From: a virus
Direction: 5' to 3' (one strand)
DNA length: 64,000 nt
IMG/VR virus record: IMGVR_UViG_3300046804_005146
Location: 17,509 to 81,508 of that record
Every line of letters begins with the position of its first letter. Position 1 is the stretch's first letter. The notes beneath the pieces were generated by a model. It made no database searches. It was given only the letters and a program-made list of their open reading frames with translations, and had not been told where the DNA came from. Made by a program: the position numbers and the translations under genes. This document shows positions 48,488 to 59,337 of the stretch, piece by piece.

Positions 48488-50179
48488 GTGAGCGCTGTTA
48501 AAAACAGACAAAACTACCTGAATAACCCGAATTTACCTTCGGTCGATGCAGTTCATGAATATACACCGGAGATGGTGGCTCAAATAAAAAAGTGTTCTTT
48601 AAACATACTTTATTTTGCAGAAAACTTCTTTCACATAGTATCTCTTGATGAAGGTAAACAAACAATAGCCTTGCATCCTTGTCAAAAAAGAGTGTTACGC
48701 AAGATGAGAGATAATAGATTTTTCGTTCTATTAGCAAGTAGACAGATTGGTAAAACCACTCTAATGACAATCTATGCATTATGGATAGCTTGCTTTCAAA
48801 AAGATCAATCTATATTAATAGTAGCAAATAAAGAAGACACTGCAATAGAAATTTTCAGAAGAGTACGTTTAGCGTATGAAGAGTTACCAAATTGGCTCAA
48901 ACCCGGTGTAAAAGAATACGGTAAAACGTCCATGGCCCTTGGTAACGGTACAATGATCGGTATATCAACCACCACTGGTACAGCTGCCAGAGGTAAATCT
49001 ATAAATGTATTAATTCTGGACGAGCTTGCATTTATTGATGATGGTTTAGTGAATGATTTTTGGAAATCAGTCTACCCTATCGTATCGTCTTCTAAAAAAT
49101 CAAAAATTTTAATTGCATCTACAGCAAACGGTACAGGTAATTTGTTCTATAATTTATATACAGGAGCAGAGCAAAATAAAAACGGATGGGCTTGTGATAA
49201 AATTTTATGGAATGAAATTCCAGGTAGAAATGAATTGTGGAAATTGCAAACAATGGCCACGATTGGTAGTAAAGAAGCATTTGATCAAGAATTTGGATGC
49301 GAATTTATAGATGGTGGTGACAGTATTATTGATGATGAGTTGAACAATAGATTAAATGCAGGAGTAAAACAGCCAAAATATGTAATGGATGAAGGGTGTT
49401 ATCAAGTATGGGAAGAACCAAAAGATGATAAAATTTATGTAGCTGGTGTTGATACTAGTGAAGGTGTAGGTAAAGACGCTTCTGTTATTAATATATTCGA
49501 CATAACAGATTTAACTAATATTAAACAGGTAGCATGTTTTCATAGTAATCAAATACCTCCAGCTAAATTTGTCGTTAAATTGGTGGAGATACTAACACAA
49601 TGGGGTAAACCAATAACTTGTGTTGAAAGAAATAGCTGTGGGTCACAAGTGGTAGATAATCTCAGACACTATTACAATTACGAAAACATTGTATCATGGG
49701 GAGCTTCAGCAGCTGGAAGAGAAAAAGCTCAATTAGGCATAGTTAACCATACGAACACAAAGTTTACAGGTATCACAAACATGAGATACTGGGTAAATCA
49801 GCTACAAGTAGTACAAATAAGAGATACAAACTTAGTTAAAGAACTAAAAAACTTTGTAAGAAATCCTAACTTAACTTGGAGTGCAAAAAAAGGTACAAAT
49901 ATACATGATGATAGAGTTATGAGTATGGTTTGGGGTCTAATTGTATTAGACCCACTAGTAGCTCCAAATTATTTTGAAATAGTTCAAAATGATAATAACA
50001 ATCGACCCTTAATAATTAAGCAACTAGATTTTGGAATTAAATATTTTACAAGTCCTAACTCAATGTATAATGAAAGTGGTGAATACGCATCAGCCTTACC
50101 CTTTATGTTCGGTGGTAACAATAAAGTAAATGATGATATGTCTGCATTATTTGAACAAGGTTATAGACCATTATTATGA
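48488..50179 (+). CDS. 17: Terminase large subunit gp17
   Basis: YLNNPNL, SRQIGKTT, LDELAF, STANG, QEFGCEF, VDTSEG, HDDRVM. Confidence 0.95.
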   Translation: MSAVKNRQNYLNNPNLPSVDAVHEYTPEMVAQIKKCSLNILYFAENFFHIVSLDEGKQTIALHPCQKRVLRKMRDNRFFVLLASRQIGKTTLMTIYALWIACFQKDQSILIVANKEDTAIEIFRRVRLAYEELPNWLKPGVKEYGKTSMALGNGTMIGISTTTGTAARGKSINVLILDELAFIDDGLVNDFWKSVYPIVSSSKKSKILIASTANGTGNLFYNLYTGAEQNKNGWACDKILWNEIPGRNELWKLQTMATIGSKEAFDQEFGCEFIDGGDSIIDDELNNRLNAGVKQPKYVMDEGCYQVWEEPKDDKIYVAGVDTSEGVGKDASVINIFDITDLTNIKQVACFHSNQIPPAKFVVKLVEILTQWGKPITCVERNSCGSQVVDNLRHYYNYENIVSWGASAAGREKAQLGIVNHTNTKFTGITNMRYWVNQLQVVQIRDTNLVKELKNFVRNPNLTWSAKKGTNIHDDRVMSMVWGLIVLDPLVAPNYFEIVQNDNNNRPLIIKQLDFGIKYFTSPNSMYNESGEYASALPFMFGGNNKVNDDMSALFEQGYRPLL

Positions 50180-50757
50180 TACAACAAGAAATTTTACAAT
50201 CTCAGCTTAATAAAAGTAGAAAAGATAAATTTCTATTAATTTTAACCGTTCCACCTGCATTAAAAGAAGTAAACAAGACAGGAATGACTCAAAGACAGGT
50301 AAATGCTTTATCAATAGATACTTTACAATTTTCCGTATACGGTGATATATTACCTAAAATAGAGATACCAGCGGTGGTAGCAACTTATTCTAATCAATCT
50401 TATAAATTATCATCTTATACCCGTCCTCCATACGAAGATGTAACAGTTAACTTTACAATAGATAACAAATTTAACAATTATTGGGTTATCTACAAGTGGT
50501 TAGATGTATTGAATGATGATAAAAGATCATATCATGACGCTAAAAATATTACAGACGGTAAAATACAGCCTTTAAATTATCAAGCTAATTTTACTTTACT
50601 GGGATTAGATGAATTTGATACACCTATCATAAAATTTATATATACTCAAGCCTTTCCAGTGTCTCTAGATGGGATAAACTATTCGTATAGAGATGCAGGT
50701 GAAATAGAAAGCAGTTTCACATTCGCATTTTCTCAATTCCTAGCTGAACCTTTATAA
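50176..50757 (+). CDS. Tail completion/tube-fold protein (gp3/gp19-like)
   Basis: VTVNFTID, NYWVIYKW, AFPVSLDGINYS, FTFAFS. Confidence 0.65.
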   Translation: MIQQEILQSQLNKSRKDKFLLILTVPPALKEVNKTGMTQRQVNALSIDTLQFSVYGDILPKIEIPAVVATYSNQSYKLSSYTRPPYEDVTVNFTIDNKFNNYWVIYKWLDVLNDDKRSYHDAKNITDGKIQPLNYQANFTLLGLDEFDTPIIKFIYTQAFPVSLDGINYSYRDAGEIESSFTFAFSQFLAEPL

Positions 50758-50788
50758 TAATTGTCCGCAAAACCATAAATAATATCAT

Positions 50789-53200
50789 ATGGCGCGTACA
50801 ATTCAAAGTCCCGGTGTTGAAATCAACGAAATCGATCTTAGTCAGACAGCAGCGTTACCTACTGGTACAAATGTTTTAGTTGCAGGTTTCGCTCCAAAAG
50901 GTCCGACTGATGAGCTTCTCACAGTTACCACTCTTAGCGAATTTGAGCAAATTTACGGTACCCCTGTAGCTCCTGCAGAAAGATACTTTTATCATACAGT
51001 AGCTCCTCTGTTTAATTCACCAGCTACCGTTCAAGTATATAGATTACCATACGGCGCTAATAACGGTACAGGGTTTGGCAGCAATTATGGTACCTTAATT
51101 TACCCAGTTACTGCTGTAGATATTTCAAATGACGGTGGTGATCGTCAATTCGGTAGAGTTTTAACAACCTACACACAATTTAATTCAGGTGTATTATATC
51201 TTGTTGGTCAACCAACACACGCTGAACTAAATTACGATCAATATAAGGATTTTACAACAAATAATGTATGGTCTAATTCCATGATTGCAAAGCCAACATC
51301 AGTTGGTCTTTCAACAGCATTAAGTAGAGCCGGTATTGTTGTTGTCAACAAAGCACAAACCACTATTAACAATAGTTTTGAAGGTTATTATGTAGGTTTA
51401 GCTGATAACACGAAAATGTCACCAGCTTACAATTACGATAATGTTGTGAGAGTTGAGACAGTAACACAATCAGCCACACAAACTCTAGATTATATTACAC
51501 TTCCGTTCACTAGATTGAATTTCAATCTATCTTCTACTACTGACAGTGTACTTAACACCCAATTCAATAGTAGTATTTCACAGGTAATGGAAGACGCTGC
51601 ACAATTTGACATCAATGTAAGAGGTTACGACGATACCTTAACATTAGGTGTATTTAAATTACGTCAATCTACATTTTCACCAGATACAACAAAGCTTGAT
51701 TACTCATTAGCTGAACGTTATGTTGGATCTGTTGACTATTATAGAGAAGTAAATTCACAAAACGGTGGAAAGCCAAGAAGTTTCTTTATTGGTACTGCAG
51801 AAGATCAATCACCAAACATTGAAGTATATGTTAATGATTATCTTTCACATAAAAATGGCACAACTTGGCTAAACCTCTCTGGTAATCCAGGTAATAAGAT
51901 AAGAATGATTACCACTGAATACGCTAATGTAGCAAACATGATGATACAATTAAGTGCTGCATATGGCTGTCAATCAACTGGTAACGTTACAACATTAACT
52001 AACGTACTACAAACTATCTACAATAACGGTGTAGGTAGTAGTAATAACAGCGGTTCAATGTATAGAGCAGACTCATTACTACCAGTAGGTGCATATCAAA
52101 GTTCAAATACTCTATCAAAAGACTTAGGTTCAATTCCTGCTAAACTTGACAGAATGTTTGATATAGTTGAAGACACTGAACTGTTTAATATTGATCTAAC
52201 AACCGATGGTGGTCTATCAACAATATTTGCAGTATCAGAATACTTAAATGACACTGCACCATTACCATCAGGCATCAAATACTTTAATGATAATATTGAT
52301 GTAGCAGCTATTGACGGTCTATCACAAACAGATCCAACATCTATTGGAGGTAGTGCTGGTAAATTTAGAGAAGACTGGTCAACAATCTTCTTAAGATACA
52401 ACAACTTTGCACAATACAGAAGAAAAGATCACTTGTTTATAGCAGATCTACCAAGACACATCTTTATCCAAGGTGCAAATACACTAACCTTAAGTGATCC
52501 AAACAATACGTTCTCACAAAACATATTCAACCCAATTAAGAATATACTAGCAGTTGCTAATACAAGCTATGCTACAACATATGCAAATTGGGCTAAAGTA
52601 TATGACTCATATCTTGATGATCAATGCTGGGTACCATTCTCAGGTTCAATTGCAGCAACAATGGCAAACACAGATGCTAACTTCCAGCCATGGTATGCAC
52701 CAGCAGGCTTTACAAGAGGTGTAGTAGCTGGCGTTAATAACGTTGCTCTATTCCCGAAACAGAAGCAAAGAGACCAATTATACAAGATTAGCGTAAATCC
52801 AATCACATTGTTCCCAAATGATGGTATTGTAATTTACGGTCAAAAGACACTTCTTAAGAGACCAAGTGCATTTGACAGAATTAACGTACGTAGATTGTTC
52901 TTAGCATTAGAGAAAGCTACAAATGCAACAGTTAAATACTTTGTATTTGAGCCAAACACTCTACTAACAAGAACAAGAGTCGTTAATACACTCAATCCTA
53001 TATTCGATAATGCTAAAAACACTGAAGGTGTTTATGATTACCTAATCGTATGCGATGAACGTAACAACACACCAGCAGTAATTGATGCAAACGAATTAGT
53101 AGTAGACATTTATCTAAAGCCAGTTCGTACAGCAGAGTTCATTCTAGTCAACTTCTATGCTACTAGAACAGATACAAACTTTAACGAACTTGTAAGTTAA
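50789..53200 (+). CDS. 18: Tail sheath protein gp18
   Basis: SPGVEINEIDLS, PWYAPAGFTRG, FDRINVRRLF, FEPN. Confidence 0.95.
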   Translation: MARTIQSPGVEINEIDLSQTAALPTGTNVLVAGFAPKGPTDELLTVTTLSEFEQIYGTPVAPAERYFYHTVAPLFNSPATVQVYRLPYGANNGTGFGSNYGTLIYPVTAVDISNDGGDRQFGRVLTTYTQFNSGVLYLVGQPTHAELNYDQYKDFTTNNVWSNSMIAKPTSVGLSTALSRAGIVVVNKAQTTINNSFEGYYVGLADNTKMSPAYNYDNVVRVETVTQSATQTLDYITLPFTRLNFNLSSTTDSVLNTQFNSSISQVMEDAAQFDINVRGYDDTLTLGVFKLRQSTFSPDTTKLDYSLAERYVGSVDYYREVNSQNGGKPRSFFIGTAEDQSPNIEVYVNDYLSHKNGTTWLNLSGNPGNKIRMITTEYANVANMMIQLSAAYGCQSTGNVTTLTNVLQTIYNNGVGSSNNSGSMYRADSLLPVGAYQSSNTLSKDLGSIPAKLDRMFDIVEDTELFNIDLTTDGGLSTIFAVSEYLNDTAPLPSGIKYFNDNIDVAAIDGLSQTDPTSIGGSAGKFREDWSTIFLRYNNFAQYRRKDHLFIADLPRHIFIQGANTLTLSDPNNTFSQNIFNPIKNILAVANTSYATTYANWAKVYDSYLDDQCWVPFSGSIAATMANTDANFQPWYAPAGFTRGVVAGVNNVALFPKQKQRDQLYKISVNPITLFPNDGIVIYGQKTLLKRPSAFDRINVRRLFLALEKATNATVKYFVFEPNTLLTRTRVVNTLNPIFDNAKNTEGVYDYLIVCDERNNTPAVIDANELVVDIYLKPVRTAEFILVNFYATRTDTNFNELVS

Positions 53201-53202
53201 TT

Positions 53203-53400
53203 ATGAGTCTAAATAAAGGACAAACAGTATATTTCACCACTTCGTTTGATAATAATGAACGAAGTGGTGTTATCCAAGAAGTAACCTCAGTTGGTTACTT
53301 GATAAACGGTGTGTGGTATTCTAGAAATGATGTTAAAGTAAGAAACGTACTTTTAGACAGCCGAAACACAACAAACACTCATCAATTAATACTAGGATAA
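53203..53400 (+). CDS. Small SH3/KOW-like hypothetical protein
   Basis: 65-aa beta-rich ORF between sheath and tube genes. Confidence 0.45.
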   Translation: MSLNKGQTVYFTTSFDNNERSGVIQEVTSVGYLINGVWYSRNDVKVRNVLLDSRNTTNTHQLILG

Positions 53401-53412
53401 TTAAATAATAAT

Positions 53413-53955
53413 ATGGCCGACGTAAAACAAACAATTCAAGACTTTTACACACAAGCGCAGTCAAAAGATTTCGCACGTACAAATCTTTTTAGAGTATTAA
53501 ACATTGACTTCGGTAATGGTACCCCGTTATTTGGTGAAACTGACCTAGTATATGCAAGAACAGCAACATTACCAGCTAAAGCTATCAATAATGTTGAAGC
53601 CCCATACATGGGTCTCAAGTTTAACGTACCTGGTGTAGTAGATTACCCAAACAGCAGTAACTATACGATTAATTTTTATTGCGATGAAGCTCAAGCTTTA
53701 AGAGAAAAGTTTTTAAATATTGTTACAAATACATTTGATGATGCTACCAGTACAGGTAACTATTTCATGCCTAAGCAGACATCAGTAATGGACTTAGTGC
53801 AATTAAACAAACAGTTAGTAAGAGTTGCACAATATCAATTAGTGGGTGTTTCAATCAGAAATGTCGGTGAATTATCTTACGATATGACATCAAACGGTGA
53901 TATAGTAAGTTTCGATGTTTCAGTTGCTTATCACTATTTCAGAAAAACAGGTTAA
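53413..53955 (+). CDS. 19: Tail tube protein gp19
   Basis: FARTNLF, ATLPA, PYMG, INFYCDE, FDVSVAY; follows the sheath gene. Confidence 0.85.
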   Translation: MADVKQTIQDFYTQAQSKDFARTNLFRVLNIDFGNGTPLFGETDLVYARTATLPAKAINNVEAPYMGLKFNVPGVVDYPNSSNYTINFYCDEAQALREKFLNIVTNTFDDATSTGNYFMPKQTSVMDLVQLNKQLVRVAQYQLVGVSIRNVGELSYDMTSNGDIVSFDVSVAYHYFRKTG

Positions 53956-53976
53956 TAGGTATAGTTTCACTGTTGT

Positions 53977-54009
53977 AAAGCGATACGAATAATCGTATCG
54001 CTTTTTTTT
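53977..54009 (+). terminator. Rho-independent terminator
   Basis: AAAGCGATACGA-ATAA-TCGTATCGCTTT followed by a T run. Confidence 0.85.
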
Positions 54010-54024
54010 GCTTAAATATTTGAT

Positions 54025-54930
54025 ATGGCAAGCCCTTTAGACCCATCTAATGCTTTTTTACAAGCAGCTAGTGAACCTGTAGTAGGGTTACCACCATTTG
54101 AAGTAGCAGGAAACGTTGTTAGAGGGGTACCAGTTCCTTTTAATGCTGCTCAACCAAGTTTAAATCTATTAGGAGTTAATATACCAGGTGTACCTTTAAT
54201 TAGTTTCAGAGATTATTTCCTAACTCAAATGGAATCTTGGGTCACAGCTCTTCCATTAAGAACTCAGTGGGTGTTATTTTTTGATACCTTTCCAGCAGGC
54301 ATTAATTCATCTCTAATTCAAAGTTTAGAACCAACAGACGGTAACAAATTAAATTTCAATGTAAGTAAAGCTAAAAATATATTAACATCTTACCCATTAC
54401 AAGGTGTTGTTGGCTGTATTTTTGCACAAGGCATCAGTATTCCGACTGAAAATTTGATAGCAGATTCTGCTAACTTAGATAATAATAGAGGCTTTATAAA
54501 AGGAACTATATTAAGAGATAGAGATTCTTTTGCTGCTAATCCTTTAACTGTTGAATTTAGAGAAACCAACACATCATTTGTTGACCTAGTATTAAGACCA
54601 TGGCTTATGTTAGCTAGTCATGCTGGATATGTAGCAAGGAAAAAAACAGATCCAAAATACTGTAAAGCTAACATCACCATTATTCAGTATACAAGATCTT
54701 ATCAAAAATTATCTCAAGTACCAAGAAAAATTTGGCAATTTTATAATTGCGTACCATTGAATATTGCGGTACGTAATTTAACATATGATACAGAAGCGAT
54801 GGAAAAGTATGATGTATCATTTGCTTACGATTCATATGGTGTACAAGACAACTTGTATTTACCAGTTCCTGATTTAATCAAAAGATTCACAAGCGGTCAA
54901 ATTCCTCGTATTTCACCGTTTCAAAGATGA
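54025..54930 (+). CDS. Tube-fold baseplate protein (gp54-like tube initiator)
   Basis: LTVEFRETN, RPW, FYNCVP, VSFAYD. Confidence 0.55.
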   Translation: MASPLDPSNAFLQAASEPVVGLPPFEVAGNVVRGVPVPFNAAQPSLNLLGVNIPGVPLISFRDYFLTQMESWVTALPLRTQWVLFFDTFPAGINSSLIQSLEPTDGNKLNFNVSKAKNILTSYPLQGVVGCIFAQGISIPTENLIADSANLDNNRGFIKGTILRDRDSFAANPLTVEFRETNTSFVDLVLRPWLMLASHAGYVARKKTDPKYCKANITIIQYTRSYQKLSQVPRKIWQFYNCVPLNIAVRNLTYDTEAMEKYDVSFAYDSYGVQDNLYLPVPDLIKRFTSGQIPRISPFQR

Positions 54931-55709
54931 GTTTTAAATTTGTTTTACCAGTAGAAATAAACGGCACCACTTATCATCTTGATGAACCGTCTTATTACGA
55001 TTACAAAAATTTAGTTAAAACTATTATAGACGATGATCCAGATAAACTAAATAGAGCTTTTGAAAATTTTTTAGCTACTTATACAAATTACAGCTCATCA
55101 AAGACGAATAATATTGTCAAATTTTTATTATTAATAAAATTACGAACACTTATATTAGGAAATTATGTAGAGTTTGATGTCAATAAAACGAGAGTTAATT
55201 ACGACTTAAATAAAGTGTTTGAGTTTTTTAATAAACCAACTATTAACTATACAACTAATATATCAGGGACGGAGTTTGAATTTGGTCCTCCCACTTCATT
55301 ATATGTGAGTGATAATATTTTTAATCTAGTTATGGACTGTTTGTATAGAATGGATGGTATAGAACTATCTAACCAGGATAAACAAAATTTACCTGCATTA
55401 CCGGTAATGTCTATATCTAAAAATTTACTAGAAAATATATCAATAACTATGAAAATCGATTTTATTGATATAACTTTATGGCCATTTGATACATCATTTT
55501 TGTATTTTCTTAAATCAATCTATATGTATAATATACAAGGTCTATACGATCTAGAATACACGTTAAGACGGAACTTAAATTTTTCTGCTTTAGATTTTAG
55601 TTCCGTATCTTTTGCTGAATGTAACGTGTTGTATAAGAATTTTGAAAAAGAGGTAACAGATCAAGAAAAACGGAACAGTATTGATAACAACAAAGGGCCT
55701 ATTATATAA
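54927..55709 (+). CDS. Baseplate hub assembly protein (gp26/gp51-like)
   Basis: Context; LLLIKLRTL motif. Confidence 0.4.
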   Translation: MSFKFVLPVEINGTTYHLDEPSYYDYKNLVKTIIDDDPDKLNRAFENFLATYTNYSSSKTNNIVKFLLLIKLRTLILGNYVEFDVNKTRVNYDLNKVFEFFNKPTINYTTNISGTEFEFGPPTSLYVSDNIFNLVMDCLYRMDGIELSNQDKQNLPALPVMSISKNLLENISITMKIDFIDITLWPFDTSFLYFLKSIYMYNIQGLYDLEYTLRRNLNFSALDFSSVSFAECNVLYKNFEKEVTDQEKRNSIDNNKGPII

Positions 55710-55713
55710 TATT

Positions 55714-56421
55714 ATGAGCGAACAAAGCTTAAACGATATTCTATCTAAAGTTAAATCAAATAATACGTTTAAAGTTTATATCCCATCATTAAAGACGGAA
55801 CTAGATTTTAAGCCTTTAACACTGTTACAACAAAAAAATATAATTGATCGTATCAGTATTTCAGGATACGGGTTAGTAGACTTTTTTGTAAATGTAAATG
55901 AAATGTTAAAAGCTAACTGTGTTAATAATTTTAACACTTTAAATACAATCGACAGAGTCAACATAGTTGTATCATATAGGAGAGCTATTAATTCCATTTA
56001 TCAAAATGTTGATCTTAACAAACTATTAGATAAAAACAAATTAATCACAGATTTACCTACAAACACCACCATTACCACAGATAGGTTTGTATTTGATGTG
56101 TCTGTTCCGACAATTATTGAAGACACAAAAGTAAACACTTTCTTAATTAACACTTATAAAGATGATAGACAGCTTTTAGGTAAGCTAATGGTAAATGAAT
56201 TATGTAAGTTTATTAACAGTATAACTGTTACCGATAGTAATACTGTAGTAAATCTATCAACACAGTCAATTAAAAACAGATGGGTCATACTAGAAGCTAT
56301 AGAATCATCAGAATTTAACAAAGTTTTTGAATTTATAACAAAAGTTCGTAATACAGAAGAAGAGTTTGTAAAGCTAGAAAACGATAAAATTGATATAGGG
56401 CCTGAATTATTCGTTACCTAA
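55714..56421 (+). CDS. Baseplate hub subunit (gp26-like)
   Basis: VYIPSLK.ELDFKPLT..QQK N-terminus. Confidence 0.55.
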   Translation: MSEQSLNDILSKVKSNNTFKVYIPSLKTELDFKPLTLLQQKNIIDRISISGYGLVDFFVNVNEMLKANCVNNFNTLNTIDRVNIVVSYRRAINSIYQNVDLNKLLDKNKLITDLPTNTTITTDRFVFDVSVPTIIEDTKVNTFLINTYKDDRQLLGKLMVNELCKFINSITVTDSNTVVNLSTQSIKNRWVILEAIESSEFNKVFEFITKVRNTEEEFVKLENDKIDIGPELFVT

Positions 56422-56432
56422 TAAATAATTAG

Positions 56433-58127
56433 ATGGCGGACACTTCTTTAGCCGAAGCATTGACCTTATTTACAAAGGTAAATGTTTCTATGTTAAAAAG
56501 AATAGAAACGTTAGAGAAGAAAGGCACTACAAACAAATATCTGACACCGAAAGATAAGCCAGATAAACCGGAAAGTGTTGTAGAAGAAGCACAACCCACT
56601 GAAGTTGAAAGTTTTGGTAGAAAAGCTTTAGAAGATTTAGGTAAAATACTTAAAACCGGAGCAACACCTACAAAACAAAAAGAAGAAATAAAGAAATCTA
56701 AAGGATTCGATGATAGTATGTGGGATTTCTTTAAAACAGGATCCACGATAACGGCTTTAGGTTTCATACTTCAAAATCTTTTAGAAGATTTTAGAAAAGG
56801 TGAAACAGGTGCAGTTAATGCTGTAGTTAAAACAGTTCAGCTAGCAGTTGAAGGGTTATTGAAAGCTACTGAAAAAACAGTAGAGAAGATACTTTCATCA
56901 ACACAAGGTAAATTGAACGCAATGGCTGCAGAAAAGGCAGCTAAACCACCTAAACCTCCTCCAGAACCTACTGGTTGGAGAGAAAAAATGGCTTCAAAAG
57001 AAGCTAAAGCGTTGCAAGCAAGAGTAGCTGCATCAAATCAACTTAAAGCAGCAGGCTTTGATCCAAATTATAGAGGGGTAGAACAAGGTAAACCAGGAGC
57101 TGGTAGCTCTAAATTTCAATTAAAAGCAACACTTGCTGATTTTGAAAAAGTAAATTTACCTGAGCCTAAAGTTGCACCAGTCGGTCCAGCAAAACCGTCA
57201 TTATATCAAAGAATGAAAGGAGCTGCAGGTAGTGCTTGGGAGACTACTAAAGAATTTGGCACAAGTGTAAAAGAAAAAGCTTTAGAGAGAGTGAATAAAG
57301 TCCTAGCACCTATACAAAAGATTTTTCAATCAACCCCTATGAAAGTCATTAGAGGGGTTATGAAAATCCCTGGTATATTTGATGCAGTTTTCGGTTACAT
57401 AGATATGAGAAAGGCCGTAACTGAGTTTGAACAAGGTAAAATAACAAGAGATGAATTAAGTGTTAGATTAGCGCAATCATTTGGTGGAGCTTTTGGTAGT
57501 GCCGGTGGCGGTCTATTATTAGGTAAAGCTTTAGGTACTGCAGGAGCATTAGCAGGTACTGCATTAGGTCCGGTAGGTACAGCTATAGGAGCATTTGGTG
57601 GAGGAGCTTTAGGTACATTAGCTGGTTCATATGCAGGTGATAAAATTGGTAGAATGATTGTTAATGGTTTCGCAGAAGCATCTCCACAAACAACAAAGCA
57701 GTTAGGCGACTATTTAGGTAATTTACTTTTAGAGTCTCGAATAAATGAGGCTACAGCAAATAGAGTTGAACAAAAACAGGAAGAAAATGAGGTGGAAATA
57801 GATGATGGTATAATTACCAAACATGGTAAAATAGTTATACCTAATGCTGAAGACTCTATTTACGCAATGAAGAGCGATGGTCCGTTTGAAAAGTTCTTCC
57901 AAAATAATACCAAAGTTTTAGAAAAAACAAATACGCTATTGGAGAGTCTAAATGAAAATAACGACAAACAGATGAACTATCATTCAGAGCTATTAATTGA
58001 AACTAATCAATTATTAACTCAAATGATGGCTAAACTGCAACAAGTCACGGTTAATCGCGCTAATATTGTTAATAACAACTACAACGATGGTGTAACACTT
58101 AGAGGTCTCCAAGCTGTAGTTTCATAA
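56433..58127 (+). CDS. Tape-measure/hub protein (gp29-like) with glycine zipper
   Basis: Helical, A/G/K-rich; GxxxG zipper at about aa 350-400; baseplate context. Confidence 0.55.
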   Translation: MADTSLAEALTLFTKVNVSMLKRIETLEKKGTTNKYLTPKDKPDKPESVVEEAQPTEVESFGRKALEDLGKILKTGATPTKQKEEIKKSKGFDDSMWDFFKTGSTITALGFILQNLLEDFRKGETGAVNAVVKTVQLAVEGLLKATEKTVEKILSSTQGKLNAMAAEKAAKPPKPPPEPTGWREKMASKEAKALQARVAASNQLKAAGFDPNYRGVEQGKPGAGSSKFQLKATLADFEKVNLPEPKVAPVGPAKPSLYQRMKGAAGSAWETTKEFGTSVKEKALERVNKVLAPIQKIFQSTPMKVIRGVMKIPGIFDAVFGYIDMRKAVTEFEQGKITRDELSVRLAQSFGGAFGSAGGGLLLGKALGTAGALAGTALGPVGTAIGAFGGGALGTLAGSYAGDKIGRMIVNGFAEASPQTTKQLGDYLGNLLLESRINEATANRVEQKQEENEVEIDDGIITKHGKIVIPNAEDSIYAMKSDGPFEKFFQNNTKVLEKTNTLLESLNENNDKQMNYHSELLIETNQLLTQMMAKLQQVTVNRANIVNNNYNDGVTLRGLQAVVS

Positions 58128-58139
58128 TTAAATAATATT

Positions 58140-59336
58140 ATGAGTGCAGCTAAAAATTTATGGAGACTAGATAACTCTATAACTCAAAAAAATTCATCCG
58201 GAAATGCTGCACCTATTGCTTTACCATATATTGTTAGAGATACTGGAGGAGTTAATGCTGAGTCAAGCGTAGCAAGTAGTGTAGCTTCAAATATCAAAGA
58301 TATGAAGCAGCTATATGTATACAATCAAGATGTAGCTTTTGAAGATATAGATATAGTTAGAGATTTTCCATGGACTAAATCACCTCAAACAAGTAGAGGA
58401 GATGTTCCATACATTTACCTAATTGAAAAAAGACTTGTAACAAGCAGTATTGTGTCTAATATAGCAAACTCCATTTTAGTCGCTAAAGACATAGGTCAGA
58501 CAAATTTACCAGATGTGGTTTTAAATTATTTTGATAAAGGAGCAACTTACGCTACAAACTTTCTACAAGGGGCTTTTCAAGTAAATAATCCTAATGCTAA
58601 TGGCCCGGTATCAACTTTTGGAAAAGCTACTGCTAAGGCTGTAAGGCAAGCTAAAAAATTGGTATTTGAAAATGACTTAAAAAGCCCTACACTAACACCG
58701 TACAATAATTTATATGTATTAGAAAATACAGGGTTTAAGTATAAGCTACCTTATTTTGATAGTTCTATCAACAGCAGTAACACATTTGGAGAATCAAGTG
58801 ATAATATTTTAGAAGCAATAGCAGAAAAAGGTAGAACAGCTGCAAATGTATTGACTTCAGTTACATCGTTTCTTAAACCTGGTGTTTATATAGAAAAAAC
58901 AAAACAATTTTCAATGAACGAAGGGGGTAGAACTATAGGAGTTAAATTCCCTCTATTGAACACTATTAACTATGACGATATTAGAAAAAATTGGCAATTA
59001 ATATTTGCGTTAGTGTATCAAAATAAACCAGGCAGAGTAACAAGAAGTGTTATAGATGTACCTGTATTATACGAAGTGAGCTTACCAGGTAATGTTTATC
59101 TACCATACGCTTACATTTCATCATTATCTATAAACTTTTTAGGTAACAGACGCATGATGTCTATAGAATTACCTCCAGGGTTTGAAACAAAAACGGTGGA
59201 AACCATAGTACCAGATGCATATGAAATATCTTTAGAAGTCACCGGTTTAAATCCAGACTCTAGAAACTTTATGATAGCTGGCGTCAATAAAAACCCAGTA
59301 ACAGTAAATCAGTCACCAACCCCGCAAAACGCATAA
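58140..59336 (+). CDS. Baseplate tail-tube cap (gp48-like)
   Basis: RTIGVKFPLLNT, PVLYEV, AYISSLSINF; context. Confidence 0.5.
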   Translation: MSAAKNLWRLDNSITQKNSSGNAAPIALPYIVRDTGGVNAESSVASSVASNIKDMKQLYVYNQDVAFEDIDIVRDFPWTKSPQTSRGDVPYIYLIEKRLVTSSIVSNIANSILVAKDIGQTNLPDVVLNYFDKGATYATNFLQGAFQVNNPNANGPVSTFGKATAKAVRQAKKLVFENDLKSPTLTPYNNLYVLENTGFKYKLPYFDSSINSSNTFGESSDNILEAIAEKGRTAANVLTSVTSFLKPGVYIEKTKQFSMNEGGRTIGVKFPLLNTINYDDIRKNWQLIFALVYQNKPGRVTRSVIDVPVLYEVSLPGNVYLPYAYISSLSINFLGNRRMMSIELPPGFETKTVETIVPDAYEISLEVTGLNPDSRNFMIAGVNKNPVTVNQSPTPQNA

Positions 59337-59337
59337 C

